This document shows positions 1 to 9,398 of a DNA stretch of 64,000 nucleotides, one piece after another. How positions within the stretch are numbered: the stretch's first letter is position 1; each line of letters begins with the position of its first letter. The position numbers and the translations under genes were made by a program. The stretch spans positions 150,026 to 214,025 of the forward strand of contig JBAZYF010000003.1 in the NCBI GenBank assembly GCA_041659505.1. The letters are read 5' to 3'. This DNA is from Parcubacteria group bacterium. Lineage in GTDB: Bacteria > Patescibacteriota > Minisyncoccia > Moranbacterales > UBA2206. The notes under the pieces were generated by a model, which was given only the letters and a program-made list of their open reading frames with translations, had not been told where the DNA came from and ran no database searches.

Positions 1-162
1 GTTTTTTTTGGATCAATTCCTGTCTTGATATGCACCTCAACTGATTCGTCAAACTTAGCGATCTTATTATCCCGCACAAGTTGCAAAGCCTCTTCCAAGG
101 AATAGCTTTTTTCTTTGTCTAATTTTTCCGCGACTGCTCGATACTTTTTTCCGTGTGTCATA
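1..162 (-). CDS. rplA: 50S ribosomal protein L1, N-terminal part (gene runs off window start)
   Basis: Minus-strand translation from the ATG at 162..160 gives MTHGKKYRAVAEKLDKEKSYSLEEALQLVRDNKIAKFDESVEVHIKTGIDPKK, a typical L1 N-terminus. It lies downstream of rplK in the conserved nusG-rplK-rplA order. Confidence 0.85.
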
Positions 163-243
163 TGATTTTTGTGGTTCAAGCGATCAAGCGATCTCCCACT
201 GGTTAAATATTTAGTAAAATTAAAAAATAATTTTTATAGTTTT

Positions 244-288
244 GGGTGGAAAATTGTTTTTTTGGTTAACAATTCCCACCCGGTTTTT
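244..288. promoter_or_regulatory. Stem-loop (GGGTGG/CCCACC plus AATTG/CAATT) followed by a T-run; terminator-like on the plus strand, possible L1 regulatory or processing structure
   Basis: Imperfect inverted repeat 244-256 / 270-281 with a T-run at 282-288, in the spacer between the small ORF at 320..595 and rplA. Confidence 0.3.
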
Positions 289-319
289 GCAATGAGCATG
301 ATCTGCTTTGTTGCCCTTA

Positions 320-595
320 TCAGTCATGCAATTCACCCATCCATTCATCATCATGGTCTGGTTTTTTTCTCCAGGGATAATATCCAAAAACACTTTTGAA
401 ATAATCCCCCGAGAGCCAAATGTATCCCCCGGTATATCCGAAAATGACAGATATTATTATAAAAAACGCAATGGGATTCTTATTAACCACAAGGAAGTAA
501 TGCGATGACAGCCACGTGAACACAAAGCCAAAAAAAGCATATACGCCAGCCACGACCCAAAATCTAAACCTCAGTCTACTCTCTAACATGAGCAC
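320..595 (-). CDS. Small hydrophobic (2-3 TM) protein inserted between rplK and rplA
   Basis: 91-aa ORF in the same orientation as the flanking ribosomal genes, strongly hydrophobic. No family recognised. Confidence 0.4.
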   Translation of the reverse strand: MLMLESRLRFRFWVVAGVYAFFGFVFTWLSSHYFLVVNKNPIAFFIIISVIFGYTGGYIWLSGDYFKSVFGYYPWRKKPDHDDEWMGELHD

Positions 596-627
596 CTCCC
601 TATTTCAATGTACTACGTTATATAAAA

Positions 628-1053
628 TTACCCTTCAATCTTCACACCCATCGAACGCGCGGTTCCGGCAATGATTTTTTCTGCCGCTTCCACATCATTC
701 GCATTCAAATCGGACATTTTCTTTTCTGCGATTTCTCGCAGCTTTGCCGCGGTAATCTTACCAACCTTATCTTTTAATGGATTACCCGCGCCTTTTTCCA
801 CACCTGCCGCTTTGCGCAGAAGATCTGACGCTGGAGGAGTTTTTAGGATAAAATCAAAACTGCGATCTTCATAGATTGTGATTTCCGCTGGGATAATATC
901 GCCCATCTTGTCTTTCGTCGCGTCATTGAACTTAGCGCAAAAATCACCGATATTGATTCCGTGCTGTCCCAAGGCTGGTCCGACTGGAGGCGCTGGATTA
1001 GCTTTCCCTGCCTGAATTTGTAATTTAACAACTGTCTTTATCTTTTTTGCCAT
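628..1053 (-). CDS. rplK: 50S ribosomal protein L11
   Basis: 141 aa: [34 protein letters not shown]... is a canonical L11. Confidence 0.95.
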   Translation of the reverse strand: MAKKIKTVVKLQIQAGKANPAPPVGPALGQHGINIGDFCAKFNDATKDKMGDIIPAEITIYEDRSFDFILKTPPASDLLRKAAGVEKGAGNPLKDKVGKITAAKLREIAEKKMSDLNANDVEAAEKIIAGTARSMGVKIEG

Positions 1054-1071
1054 AATGGTAATACTATAAAA

Positions 1072-1617
1072 TTATAATTTATGAATCTGCAAAAAGTCCA
1101 ACTCAACTGGTGTTTCGCGACCAAAGATGGAAACTAAAACTTTCACTCGTCCCTTTTCTTCGTCCACCTCATTGACTTTACCATCAAATTCTTTGAACGG
1201 TCCATCGATAATCTTGACCATATCCCCTGCCTTCACATCAATCTTATACTTAGGCTCGTCCACACCCATCCGTTTTTTGAGCATCTCGATTTCTTTCGGA
1301 TCAACTGGTGTTGGCGTTGTGCCCAGACCGATAAAGCCAGTCACGTTCGGTGTGTTTCGCACGACGTACCATGAAGCGTCCGTCACGATCATATCGACGA
1401 GAACATAACCAGGATAGATCCGCTCTTCAATCACAGTGCGCTTGCCCGCTTTAATTTTAATCTTTTTCTCGATCGGCACCATCACATCGAAGATAAATTC
1501 CTGCATATCCATCGATTCGATCCTCTGTTTCAAATTACGCGCTACATTGTCTTCGTAGCCGGAATAGGTATGGAGCACATACCATGATCTTCCGTGATGT
1601 TGTGATTGTTTTGCCAT
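1072..1617 (-). CDS. nusG: Transcription termination/antitermination factor NusG
   Basis: 181 aa with a NusG N-terminal domain and a KOW motif (GDMVKIIDGPFKEFDGKV). Position between secE and rplK. Confidence 0.93.
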   Translation of the reverse strand: MAKQSQHHGRSWYVLHTYSGYEDNVARNLKQRIESMDMQEFIFDVMVPIEKKIKIKAGKRTVIEERIYPGYVLVDMIVTDASWYVVRNTPNVTGFIGLGTTPTPVDPKEIEMLKKRMGVDEPKYKIDVKAGDMVKIIDGPFKEFDGKVNEVDEEKGRVKVLVSIFGRETPVELDFLQIHKL

Positions 1618-1656
1618 TGTTTTTTCTAAAACTAAACTTAATTAATAAAAAATTGC

Positions 1657-1842
1657 TTATTTTAAGATAAAGGTCTTCAGAAGATACTCAAAAACAAAAT
1701 CGAGTCCGCCGAGAAAAAACGACAAGACGATACTGATCCCGATCACGGTCAAAGTATAGTTGATGGTTTGTTTTTTTGTCGGCCAATTCACCTTCTGGAG
1801 CTCCGATTTGGCTTCTTTCAAAAATTGGACAAGTTTGTTCAT
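1657..1842 (-). CDS. secE: Preprotein translocase subunit SecE
   Basis: 61 aa with a single C-terminal TM helix, and the conserved position upstream of nusG. Confidence 0.8.
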   Translation of the reverse strand: MNKLVQFLKEAKSELQKVNWPTKKQTINYTLTVIGISIVLSFFLGGLDFVFEYLLKTFILK

Positions 1843-1863
1843 AACGATTTTTTAAGCTTTTTT

Positions 1864-1885
1864 AAAAGCCCTTTGGGGCTTTTTT
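1864..1885. terminator. Bidirectional rho-independent terminator (AGCCC-tttg-GGGCT flanked by A and T runs)
   Basis: Hairpin at 1867-1880 with AAA on the 5' side and TTTTT on the 3' side. Confidence 0.6.
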
Positions 1886-2074
1886 GTAGTGTTTTCATCG
1901 TATATCATTTTTGATTTTTTGTCAAATACGTCAAACTATATAATAAAAAATCTCCCGGACTGTGATAGCCGGGAGTATCTAGTATAGTATGCGCATACGG
2001 TTCTATGCGCCAAGTGGACCTCGTTCATGATAAGAACAATTTGGGTTATCGCAACTGCGAAACCTACTCCACCC

Positions 2075-2188
2075 TCAGATATACTTGTCAAACATAACCA
2101 CTTTTCCCGTTCTGCATTCGGGACAAGGCACATCTGTCCGTTCAACATTTCGGGTACCTGGGCCTAATTCAAAATATCTTTCCCGCAT
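2075..2188 (-). CDS. Small 37-aa protein with a CPEC motif (MRERYFELGPGTRNVERTDVPCPECRTGKVVMFDKYI)
   Basis: Minus-strand ATG at 2188 preceded by a strong AGGAGG Shine-Dalgarno at a 5-nt spacing. It is shorter than the ORF-track cutoff. The track ORF 1936..2148 is out of frame with it. Confidence 0.3.
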   Translation of the reverse strand: MRERYFELGPGTRNVERTDVPCPECRTGKVVMFDKYI

Positions 2189-2206
2189 AGACACCTCCTC
2201 TTTGAT

Positions 2207-2452
2207 CTATGAAAGTTTTTTTTGGCAACAGCATTGTAGTGGCAAATGCCTTACCAGGCCGTTGTCTTTTTCAAAAAGACACCAAACGACATCCGTGCCC
2301 GCTCCATTAGGCGCAACACCAACAACGATACCAATATCGTCACATTTAGCGACTATTTCTTTGGGCATATAGCCAAGCTTCTGGCAGGCTTCCGATGAAG
2401 GATCTACCATAACTCCCGCACAAACCGTTTTAAAGAACTCTTTCACTGGCAT
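2207..2452 (-). CDS. Hypothetical small protein (possibly NifB/NifX-like FeMo-cofactor-domain family)
   Basis: 81-aa ORF with a GxGxG-like stretch (GVAPNGAGTDVVW). The family assignment is uncertain. Confidence 0.35.
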   Translation of the reverse strand: MPVKEFFKTVCAGVMVDPSSEACQKLGYMPKEIVAKCDDIGIVVGVAPNGAGTDVVWCLFEKDNGLVRHLPLQCCCQKKLS

Positions 2453-2565
2453 ATTTCCTCCTCTCTCTTGGCTGTTTTTTTCAACAATTCATCCGTAATT
2501 AGATACATCCAGTCAAGCAAACATAAGCTTCTTTGTCAATTACAAAATTTAAATAAAGATTAAGC

Positions 2566-2594
2566 TTGACAAACAGCTAAATCAGTGCTACAAT
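2566..2594 (+). promoter_or_regulatory. Sigma70-type promoter TTGACA-N17-TACAAT
   Basis: TTGACA at 2566-2571, a 17-nt spacer, and TACAAT at 2589-2594, just upstream of the helicase gene. Confidence 0.6.
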
Positions 2595-2618
2595 TGACTT
2601 TTATGTTAATACTTTCGT

Positions 2619-3935
2619 TTGTCTACTGCAACTCTCAAGTATCTAAACATAAAACATTTAATTTTTATGTTTAGAGCCTTTCTTTTAGGAAAGCCTCTTC
2701 CACAAATAAATATGTTTCAAAAACGCTATAGTCGCGCGACTAGTACTTCTTCGCGCAGAAATTTTTCCCGTCCCGCCGGACGGAGCAATGGCCCCATTCG
2801 TGGTGGTCAACGAGGTTTTCGCGGAAGCTTTATCAGTATTGATAAATTCATCAACAAAGCTGCTCCAGTTACTGATATCCCGGCAGAAGCCTACAAGCCG
2901 GAAACACCTTTCGCGGAAATGAAGATCAATAACCGTTTAAAGCAAATAATCACTCAGCGTGGTTATGAACTTCCTACCGCGATCCAAGATAAAACCATCC
3001 CACACATCCTTGAAGGAAAAGACTTGATCGGTCTGGCCAACACCGGCACAGGCAAAACAGCTGCCTTTCTCATTCCGATGATCAATAAGATGCTGGCCAA
3101 TCATGACGAGAAACTTTTGGTCGTCGTACCGACCCGTGAACTAGCGACACAGATCCAAGAAGAATATATCGCCCTCACTCGAGGTCTTAATCTTTTTTCC
3201 GTCGTCATCATCGGTGGCGCCAATATGCACCGCCAAGTTTCGCAATTGCGCTCACGCCCGAACTTGGTCGTCGGCACACCGGGACGTTTGAAAGATTTGG
3301 TGCAACAAAAAAAATTGGATCTTTCTCGTTTTTCCAATGTTGTGCTGGATGAAGCCGACCAGATGCTTGATATGGGCTTTATCAATGATATTAAATTCTT
3401 ACTGTCATTTTTGACCCAGAAAAAACAGACACTGTTTTTCTCTGCCACATTGCCACCGGCCATTGAACACTTGATCAAAGATTTTCTTGTTAATCCAGTC
3501 AGGATCTCAATCAGAAACCAGGCCACGCCCGCCCAGATCGATCAAGATGTTGTGCGTGTGAAGCAAGGTGAAGATAAGATTGAAATTTTACATAGCCTGC
3601 TTAATGAATCCGCCTTTCAGAAAGTGCTCATCTTTGCTCGCACGAAAAGCAGCACAGAAAAACTTTCCAAGATTCTTAGCCTTCGTGGCTTTAAAGCGGA
3701 ATCGATCCATGGCAATAAATCCCATGGCAAACGCCAACAGGCGCTCAAAATGTTCAAAGAAGATCGCGTAGAAATATTGGTCGCCACCGACATCGCCGCC
3801 CGCGGACTCGACATTCCTAATGTCAGTCACGTGATTAACTTCGATGTCCCCGCGACTTACGAAGATTATATCCATCGCATCGGCCGCACTGGCCGGGCGG
3901 ACAAAACCGGCATTGCTTTGACTTTTGTTTCGTAA
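2619..3935 (+). CDS. DEAD-box ATP-dependent RNA helicase
   Basis: Motifs GTGKTAAF (Walker A), DEAD, SAT and HRIGRTGR. The true start is probably the internal Met at about 2712 (MFQKRY...). Confidence 0.9.
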   Translation: MSTATLKYLNIKHLIFMFRAFLLGKPLPQINMFQKRYSRATSTSSRRNFSRPAGRSNGPIRGGQRGFRGSFISIDKFINKAAPVTDIPAEAYKPETPFAEMKINNRLKQIITQRGYELPTAIQDKTIPHILEGKDLIGLANTGTGKTAAFLIPMINKMLANHDEKLLVVVPTRELATQIQEEYIALTRGLNLFSVVIIGGANMHRQVSQLRSRPNLVVGTPGRLKDLVQQKKLDLSRFSNVVLDEADQMLDMGFINDIKFLLSFLTQKKQTLFFSATLPPAIEHLIKDFLVNPVRISIRNQATPAQIDQDVVRVKQGEDKIEILHSLLNESAFQKVLIFARTKSSTEKLSKILSLRGFKAESIHGNKSHGKRQQALKMFKEDRVEILVATDIAARGLDIPNVSHVINFDVPATYEDYIHRIGRTGRADKTGIALTFVS

Positions 3936-3956
3936 GTCTTATTCTAAGGGTAAATG

Positions 3957-3984
3957 GCACCTCGTAAAAAGCGAGGTGCTTTTT
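3957..3984 (+). terminator. Rho-independent terminator (GCACCTCG-taaaaag-CGAGGTGC plus TTTTT)
   Basis: Perfect 8-bp stem followed by a T-run, 22 nt after the helicase stop codon. Confidence 0.8.
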
Positions 3985-3992
3985 ATAATGCT

Positions 3993-4143
3993 TTAGGACT
4001 TACGCGTTTGCCGTGATAAGCTTATACTAGAGCCGGGATTAGCCGGAAATAAACTCACTGTTACTGATAGCTATCCTTGGAACAAGAAAACTTGCAAAGG
4101 CCACGCGGTCTGAAGGTTATCACGGCAAACGCGTAAGTCCTAA
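3993..4143. repeat. 151-bp MITE-like element with perfect 27-bp terminal inverted repeats (TTAGGACTTACGCGTTTGCCGTGATAA)
   Basis: Left arm 3993-4019 is the exact reverse complement of right arm 4117-4143. The terminal 17-mer GGACTTACGCGTTTGCC recurs in a second element at 9172-9350. Confidence 0.7.
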
Positions 4144-4195
4144 ATTTGTTTGACCAAAATATTACTATCCCCTAGACTTAAGTAAACAAATATTT

Positions 4196-5371
4196 ATGGA
4201 AAACTACGACGTCATCATTGTCGGGGCGGGGCCGGCTGGCAGTACCGCCGCTTATTATATTTCAGGTTTGAAAGTTTTAATCATCGACAAGTCTGATTTT
4301 CCGCGCCACAAAGCTTGCGGCGGCGGTCTGATGAGCAGTCGCGATTGGCCACTGGAACTCAAGAACTATGCCAAAATCAAAGATAAACTGACTGCTTATT
4401 CTTGCGAAACAATCAAAATTTATTGGAATTGTGAATACATCGCCAACAGACGGTTCAAACATCTTTTTGACCAGATCGACCGCTATGAGTTTGATAATCT
4501 GCTTCTCGAAGAGGCACTCAAAAAAAGCAACGTCACTTTTCTAAAATTTGATCTGCAAAAAATCCAAAAGGCTACCTTCAAAGGAAAAAATGGCTACACA
4601 ATTTCTGATGGTGAGCAAAGTATTTTTACCACCTATCTCATCGGGGCCGATGGCGTCCATAGCAAAATATCTAGATTTCTTGGTAACCCAAAACTAAAAA
4701 GGCACCAGATCGGCTACTGCCTGGAATGCAACATAACCTGTGAAAAAAAAGACTTGAATGTGCATGTAGTCGCCGGGTATAGGAAAGAGATTGGCTATGG
4801 CTGGATCTTTCCGACAGCCACCGGCTACCAAGTCGGCGTCGGCATAGTACGAAAACCCAAACACGCTTTGCAATATTATCTCGATACTTTTATCGCTTGG
4901 ACGATGGAAGAAAATATCTTGCCTAAAGAGCATGCGATTAAGAAAACTTTCGGCGGAGCATTGCCTCTGCGAGTGGTCAAGACTTATTGCACGGACAATA
5001 TTTTGCTCTGCGGTGATGCTATGGGACTAGTGAAAATGCTCACGGGCGAAGGCATCTATTATGCGATGCGCAGCGGAAAGATTGCCGGACTGGCACTTTC
5101 CGGCGATCGCACCAAACTTAAAAAAACCTACAGACAAAAAATGCGTCCGCTGATCTGGGACACATTCATCACGCCCCATATTCCGCCCAAAATTTTTACT
5201 ATCACTTTTTGGTCTACTTTCTTTGCCGTAGCCAAAGTTTTTGACCGGGCCAAATTCTTGCGCCCGCTCAATCTATTCATCGATTATTTTATGCGCCTCA
5301 CCATGCACCGGAAAAAATTCAAAGGTAAGAGTTACTACTGTGATGAAAAAATCGAAATTGAAAAATACTAA
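4196..5371 (+). CDS. FAD-dependent oxidoreductase, geranylgeranyl reductase family
   Basis: N-terminal Rossmann motif VIIVGAGPAGSTAA, a GDAMG motif and 391 aa length are typical of this family. Confidence 0.75.
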   Translation: MENYDVIIVGAGPAGSTAAYYISGLKVLIIDKSDFPRHKACGGGLMSSRDWPLELKNYAKIKDKLTAYSCETIKIYWNCEYIANRRFKHLFDQIDRYEFDNLLLEEALKKSNVTFLKFDLQKIQKATFKGKNGYTISDGEQSIFTTYLIGADGVHSKISRFLGNPKLKRHQIGYCLECNITCEKKDLNVHVVAGYRKEIGYGWIFPTATGYQVGVGIVRKPKHALQYYLDTFIAWTMEENILPKEHAIKKTFGGALPLRVVKTYCTDNILLCGDAMGLVKMLTGEGIYYAMRSGKIAGLALSGDRTKLKKTYRQKMRPLIWDTFITPHIPPKIFTITFWSTFFAVAKVFDRAKFLRPLNLFIDYFMRLTMHRKKFKGKSYYCDEKIEIEKY

Positions 5372-5377
5372 AATATT

Positions 5378-7252
5378 TTAATTCTGTTTATAGACTCGGA
5401 TAAAATTTCCCGGCCGATTGTCAATCAAAAGCTCCCAAAGCGGGGGGCTTTTTTTTGCCTCGATGAATTGCCCGATATAGCCCCAGCGCACCTGGCCACG
5501 CCGAGTCAAAACGAAATAAACATCATCGCGATTTTGATTGAGCACCTCAATCACTTTTTTTCGATTATCATTGCTGATATCGACACATTGACCAAAAACA
5601 AACGGGCAGACACCAGGATAATCCGCAATTACCGTCGCTTCTTTTTGGGCAGTGATTGCTTTTATTGCTTGCCCCGCTTCATATCCACCATAACCCCAGG
5701 AGCCAGTAACTAGATTTTCTTGAGGCAAAAAAGCATTGGCATAATTAAAATAAAACGGCCTTATGAACCATAGGCTGACCGCGCTGACAAAAATAATCGC
5801 AAAGGAAATAAGCACCTTGTTGAGCTTTTGAAATTTTTTATACTGCAAAAACTCCCAGATCCCTACTGTCGCAAGAAAAATAACCAGTGGAGTAAGAATG
5901 ATGCCATAGCGGATATTGACCAGCAAGTTTTGCATTGTTACCACAATCCAATAGAATAGCACAAAAGCCGAAAGCATAAAAACCAAGAAAGCAAATTGGG
6001 TCTTTTGAAAAACAGTTTTCAGCCAAATAAAAATGAGCGCGCAGAACACCAATGGCGTAAGGGAAAAAACCAGCGGACGCGCTTGCAGAATTAGTTTTTT
6101 CCAAAAAGACAAACTGATAAAAAAATCACTCTGCCGGGAATCAAATGGCACTGCCTCCAGATCCCACAGATTGATTTTGAACGCCCAATTGAAAAAAGCC
6201 AAAAGTGACAGTCCGGCGACAACTACCACGATACCTTTAAAAATAATACTACTATACCGTTTACATCGTTCCATCAGGAATAAAACCACACGGCTTTGCC
6301 AAAAAAACGCATCCGCTGCGATTGCCAGATCTGCGCTCAATGTAGTCCAAAAAATAAAACCCTTGTGATTAAAATTAATCACATCATCAAAAAGGTATTT
6401 GCTTTTCACGAAAACGGCCGGCATCAAAAAAGAAAATAGCAAAAATCCTCCAAAAATAATTGCCAGGTAGAAAAGCGCTAGGCGCAAAACTTTTTGGGAA
6501 AAAATTTCCTGACTTTCTTTTCTGGTTTCATAAGAATAAAGCAGATACGAGAGTAAAACAAAAAATAAAAAATATACCAGGATAAGGGCAATATATTTTG
6601 TTGCCAACGCTAGTCCCAAAAATAGTGTTGTAAGTGCGGCAATTTTCTTTGCATCCGTTTTTAAAAATAGCAGGTAAGCCAAAATTGCGGCTGAGCAAAA
6701 AAGCCAAGAAAGCGCATCGGGGTTCACAATCTGCGAAATGCCCAAGAGGATCGGCGAAAGCAGAATCAGCGTGGCTGACCAAAGACCGATCCAGCGATTG
6801 TCCGTCAGTTTTGCGATGACCCAAAAGAAAAAAATAGAAAATAGGCCATTGAAAATGAGCAGCGGAAGACGGTAAAGAAAATTAATTTTTTGAAATTGTT
6901 GCGGATCATAACTCGTAAAAACATCTCCCCGTTTTTTGATTTCCGCGCTATGATTTTTATCGAAAATCAAGCCCGGACCGGAAATGTAAGCCAGAGATAC
7001 TCCCGGTTTATCATTGATTCTGGTTTTTTTCCAATCCCCTTTTCCCATTGCGTGCCAATACTGTGAGATGCGACCCTGATCAATCCAGAAATGCTCGTCA
7101 GCCGTGTCAAATTTGGTCAAGTGATAGAGTCCGAAAGAAAAATACAAAATCAGGGCTAAACAAAATAATAGTCCAGTTTCTTTTTGCTCAGAATTATTCA
7201 TTTTTTTCTGGCTCATATTTGAAAATTTTAACATAATTTTTTGCTCTTTCAT
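5378..7252 (-). CDS. Polytopic membrane glycosyltransferase, PMT/ArnT (GT39)-like, paralog A
   Basis: 624 aa with about 11 TM helices, a loop-1 DE motif (FDTADEHFW) and a NDKPGVSLAYISG motif. It is paralogous to the upstream gene. The start may be at 7252 (GGGAG Shine-Dalgarno, 59-nt overlap with the upstream gene) or at the internal ATG at 7201. Confidence 0.65.
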   Translation of the reverse strand: MKEQKIMLKFSNMSQKKMNNSEQKETGLLFCLALILYFSFGLYHLTKFDTADEHFWIDQGRISQYWHAMGKGDWKKTRINDKPGVSLAYISGPGLIFDKNHSAEIKKRGDVFTSYDPQQFQKINFLYRLPLLIFNGLFSIFFFWVIAKLTDNRWIGLWSATLILLSPILLGISQIVNPDALSWLFCSAAILAYLLFLKTDAKKIAALTTLFLGLALATKYIALILVYFLFFVLLSYLLYSYETRKESQEIFSQKVLRLALFYLAIIFGGFLLFSFLMPAVFVKSKYLFDDVINFNHKGFIFWTTLSADLAIAADAFFWQSRVVLFLMERCKRYSSIIFKGIVVVVAGLSLLAFFNWAFKINLWDLEAVPFDSRQSDFFISLSFWKKLILQARPLVFSLTPLVFCALIFIWLKTVFQKTQFAFLVFMLSAFVLFYWIVVTMQNLLVNIRYGIILTPLVIFLATVGIWEFLQYKKFQKLNKVLISFAIIFVSAVSLWFIRPFYFNYANAFLPQENLVTGSWGYGGYEAGQAIKAITAQKEATVIADYPGVCPFVFGQCVDISNDNRKKVIEVLNQNRDDVYFVLTRRGQVRWGYIGQFIEAKKSPPLWELLIDNRPGNFIRVYKQN

Positions 7253-9044
7253 TGATTACCAGCTCCCAAACAGTATCACCATTTTCATGTAAATACTTAG
7301 CATTTATCATATCCCACATCCCTCGATACATGATCGCTCCACGGCGAGTTTTGACAAAATAATCCGGGATCGGCTCTCCCTCTCTTAGCTTGAATCTCCC
7401 GTTGCTTTTGCCCATGATACAAAGCCCCTTGAAAAAAGGGCAGTATCCATTATAATCAGTCCAAATCAATAGATTTTCGGCGTCAGGTAAACTATTGAGG
7501 TATTTTGCCGCTTCATATCCGCCATAGCCCCAGGCGTCCGTGATAATCCGGCTATTAGGAAGCAAATCACTGGCATAGTTAAAATAAAATGGCCTAACTT
7601 CCCAAAGGCTCCAAAAACTGATCAGCAAAATTCCTGCCGTTATCCAGTTTTTGTCAATTTTTTCCAACCGCTTCCAAGAAAATAACTCCCAGAGACCGAT
7701 GCCTGCCAAAAGCAGCATCAGAGGATAAAGCATGATGCTATAGCGAATAGTTACGAGCAAATTTTGCGCTAAAACTGCCGCATAAAATGCGCCAAGAAAA
7801 AATAAAATTAAAAAAATTATTTTTGCATACGCCAAATCTTTTACGCTTGCTTTTCCCAAGACAAACAAGCCTGCAAGTAAACTAAGCGGAGTTAGGGAAA
7901 AGATCAAAGGCATCATTTCCAAAATAATCTTCACCAGAAGCGCCTTGTCAGTGAACGTGGATGATTTTTCCAAATCAAAGGAAACATTTTTCATGAAAAT
8001 TTCGCCATATTCAGTTCCCAGACCCCAAGTAAAAAGGATAAACACGAAAAACGCCAGAAAAATAAACGCAAAAATTCGCGGAAAAATCACAGTCAGCACT
8101 CTCGTCTTTTTCATAAGCCCCAATAGTGTCTTACCTTTAAAAATAAGGGCATCAAAAAAAAGTAAAAAAACCATGCTGCTAATGACCCAAAGGACATATT
8201 GAAATCCAGCTAAATCTAAAAAAGCATCATACAAAAGAACCGGGCGGACAAATACTGCTGGAAGAAAAACAGCAAAAACAACCAGCGCTCCAATTATTGT
8301 CCCAAGATAGGCCACTAGCAATAGGCTAATTTCACGAACCGCAATTTTGCGTCTTACTTGCTCAAAATAAATATCGACGATAACCGTACTCAAAAGAAAA
8401 GGAATAAGAATTACCGCGCTATATTTGCTAAGCAATGAAAAACCCAAAAACAACGCGGAAAGAAAAATGAATTTTTTTTCTCTTGTTTTGAGGTAACCTA
8501 GAAAAGCAAAAATCGTTCCAGCGGAAAAAGACCAGAGCAAAGAATCGGGATTGACGATTTGCGAGATGCCCAGAAGGATCGGCGAAAGCAAAATGAGGAT
8601 CGTCGCCCAAAGCGCAATCCATTGATTTTCGCTAAATTTCCAGATAAGCCAAAACAGTACCAAGCAAAATAGTCCATTAAAAATCAAAAGTGGCAATCGA
8701 AACAGGAAATGCACTCGCTGGGTTTCTTGAGGGTCATATTTGCGCTCCACCGAATTATCAAGAAATAACCTATCTGCCGGTTTATCTTTAAAAAGAAGCG
8801 CACTTCCGGAGATATAAGCCAATGAAATTCCCGGCTTATCGTTTATATAGGTGCCCTCTAAATTTCCCTTTCCTAGGGCGTTCCAGTAACTATAGATGCG
8901 CCCATTTTCCGGGTCTTCATACATCCAATAGCGCTCATCGGCCGTTTCAAATCTTGCCAGATGCTGGAGTCCAAAAAAAAGATAAACAAAAAACGCTATC
9001 GCCAAAAAGGAAAATAGATAAATTTTATTGGTCATTTTTGCCAT
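7194..9044 (-). CDS. Polytopic membrane glycosyltransferase, PMT/ArnT (GT39)-like, paralog B
   Basis: 616 aa with the same architecture and motifs (FETADERYW, NDKPGISLAYISG, ILLSPILLGISQIVNPD) as the downstream paralog. Confidence 0.65.
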   Translation of the reverse strand: MAKMTNKIYLFSFLAIAFFVYLFFGLQHLARFETADERYWMYEDPENGRIYSYWNALGKGNLEGTYINDKPGISLAYISGSALLFKDKPADRLFLDNSVERKYDPQETQRVHFLFRLPLLIFNGLFCLVLFWLIWKFSENQWIALWATILILLSPILLGISQIVNPDSLLWSFSAGTIFAFLGYLKTREKKFIFLSALFLGFSLLSKYSAVILIPFLLSTVIVDIYFEQVRRKIAVREISLLLVAYLGTIIGALVVFAVFLPAVFVRPVLLYDAFLDLAGFQYVLWVISSMVFLLFFDALIFKGKTLLGLMKKTRVLTVIFPRIFAFIFLAFFVFILFTWGLGTEYGEIFMKNVSFDLEKSSTFTDKALLVKIILEMMPLIFSLTPLSLLAGLFVLGKASVKDLAYAKIIFLILFFLGAFYAAVLAQNLLVTIRYSIMLYPLMLLLAGIGLWELFSWKRLEKIDKNWITAGILLISFWSLWEVRPFYFNYASDLLPNSRIITDAWGYGGYEAAKYLNSLPDAENLLIWTDYNGYCPFFKGLCIMGKSNGRFKLREGEPIPDYFVKTRRGAIMYRGMWDMINAKYLHENGDTVWELVINERAKNYVKIFKYEPEKNE

Positions 9045-9171
9045 AACTATAAAAAAACGATCTCAATAGGTTTTTCAATTCTGTTTGTATCATATATCAA
9101 TTATTACCAGCAGTCCAATGAGTTTTTTCGCGTTAGTTTTATGTTTATGGCCAACTAGTGTATACTAAATC

Positions 9172-9350
9172 AGGACTTACGCGTTTGCCCGAGTCAGCCG
9201 TATTTTCTAAAAAAACGTGTCTGAGAATGCCTTTTTTCTTCAAAACTTTCCATTGGATGCCATCGATTGAGGGAAAATTTTGAAAAGAAAAAAGAGCGTT
9301 CGAGTTATTTTTTTAGAAAATACGGCTGCGAGGTGAAACGCGTAACTCCT
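9172..9350. repeat. 179-bp MITE-like inverted-repeat element related to the one at 3993-4143
   Basis: Arms of about 42 bp: AGGACTTACGCGTTTGCCCGAGTCAGCCGTATTTTCTAAAAAAA against its imperfect reverse complement at 9308-9350. It shares the terminal motif AGGACTTACGCGTTTGCC with element 1. Confidence 0.6.
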
Positions 9351-9398
9351 ATAAATAATGGATTAGGGTAAATTTAAAATAATAACCGACGCTATTTT

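Noticed and set aside
169-508. Plus-strand track ORFs 169..399 and 308..508
   Set aside because: They overlap each other and the better-supported minus-strand small ORF and stem-loop in the rplK-rplA spacer. They have no Shine-Dalgarno or homology signal and are most likely antisense noise in AT-rich sequence.
1936-2148. Track ORF 1936..2148 (-), and a search for the tRNA usually found upstream of secE
   Set aside because: The ORF is out of frame with, and overlaps, a small ORF (2075..2188) that has a strong AGGAGG Shine-Dalgarno. No cloverleaf, T-loop (GGTTCGAATCC-like) or acceptor-stem pairing could be found in 1900-2080 on either strand, so no tRNA is called.
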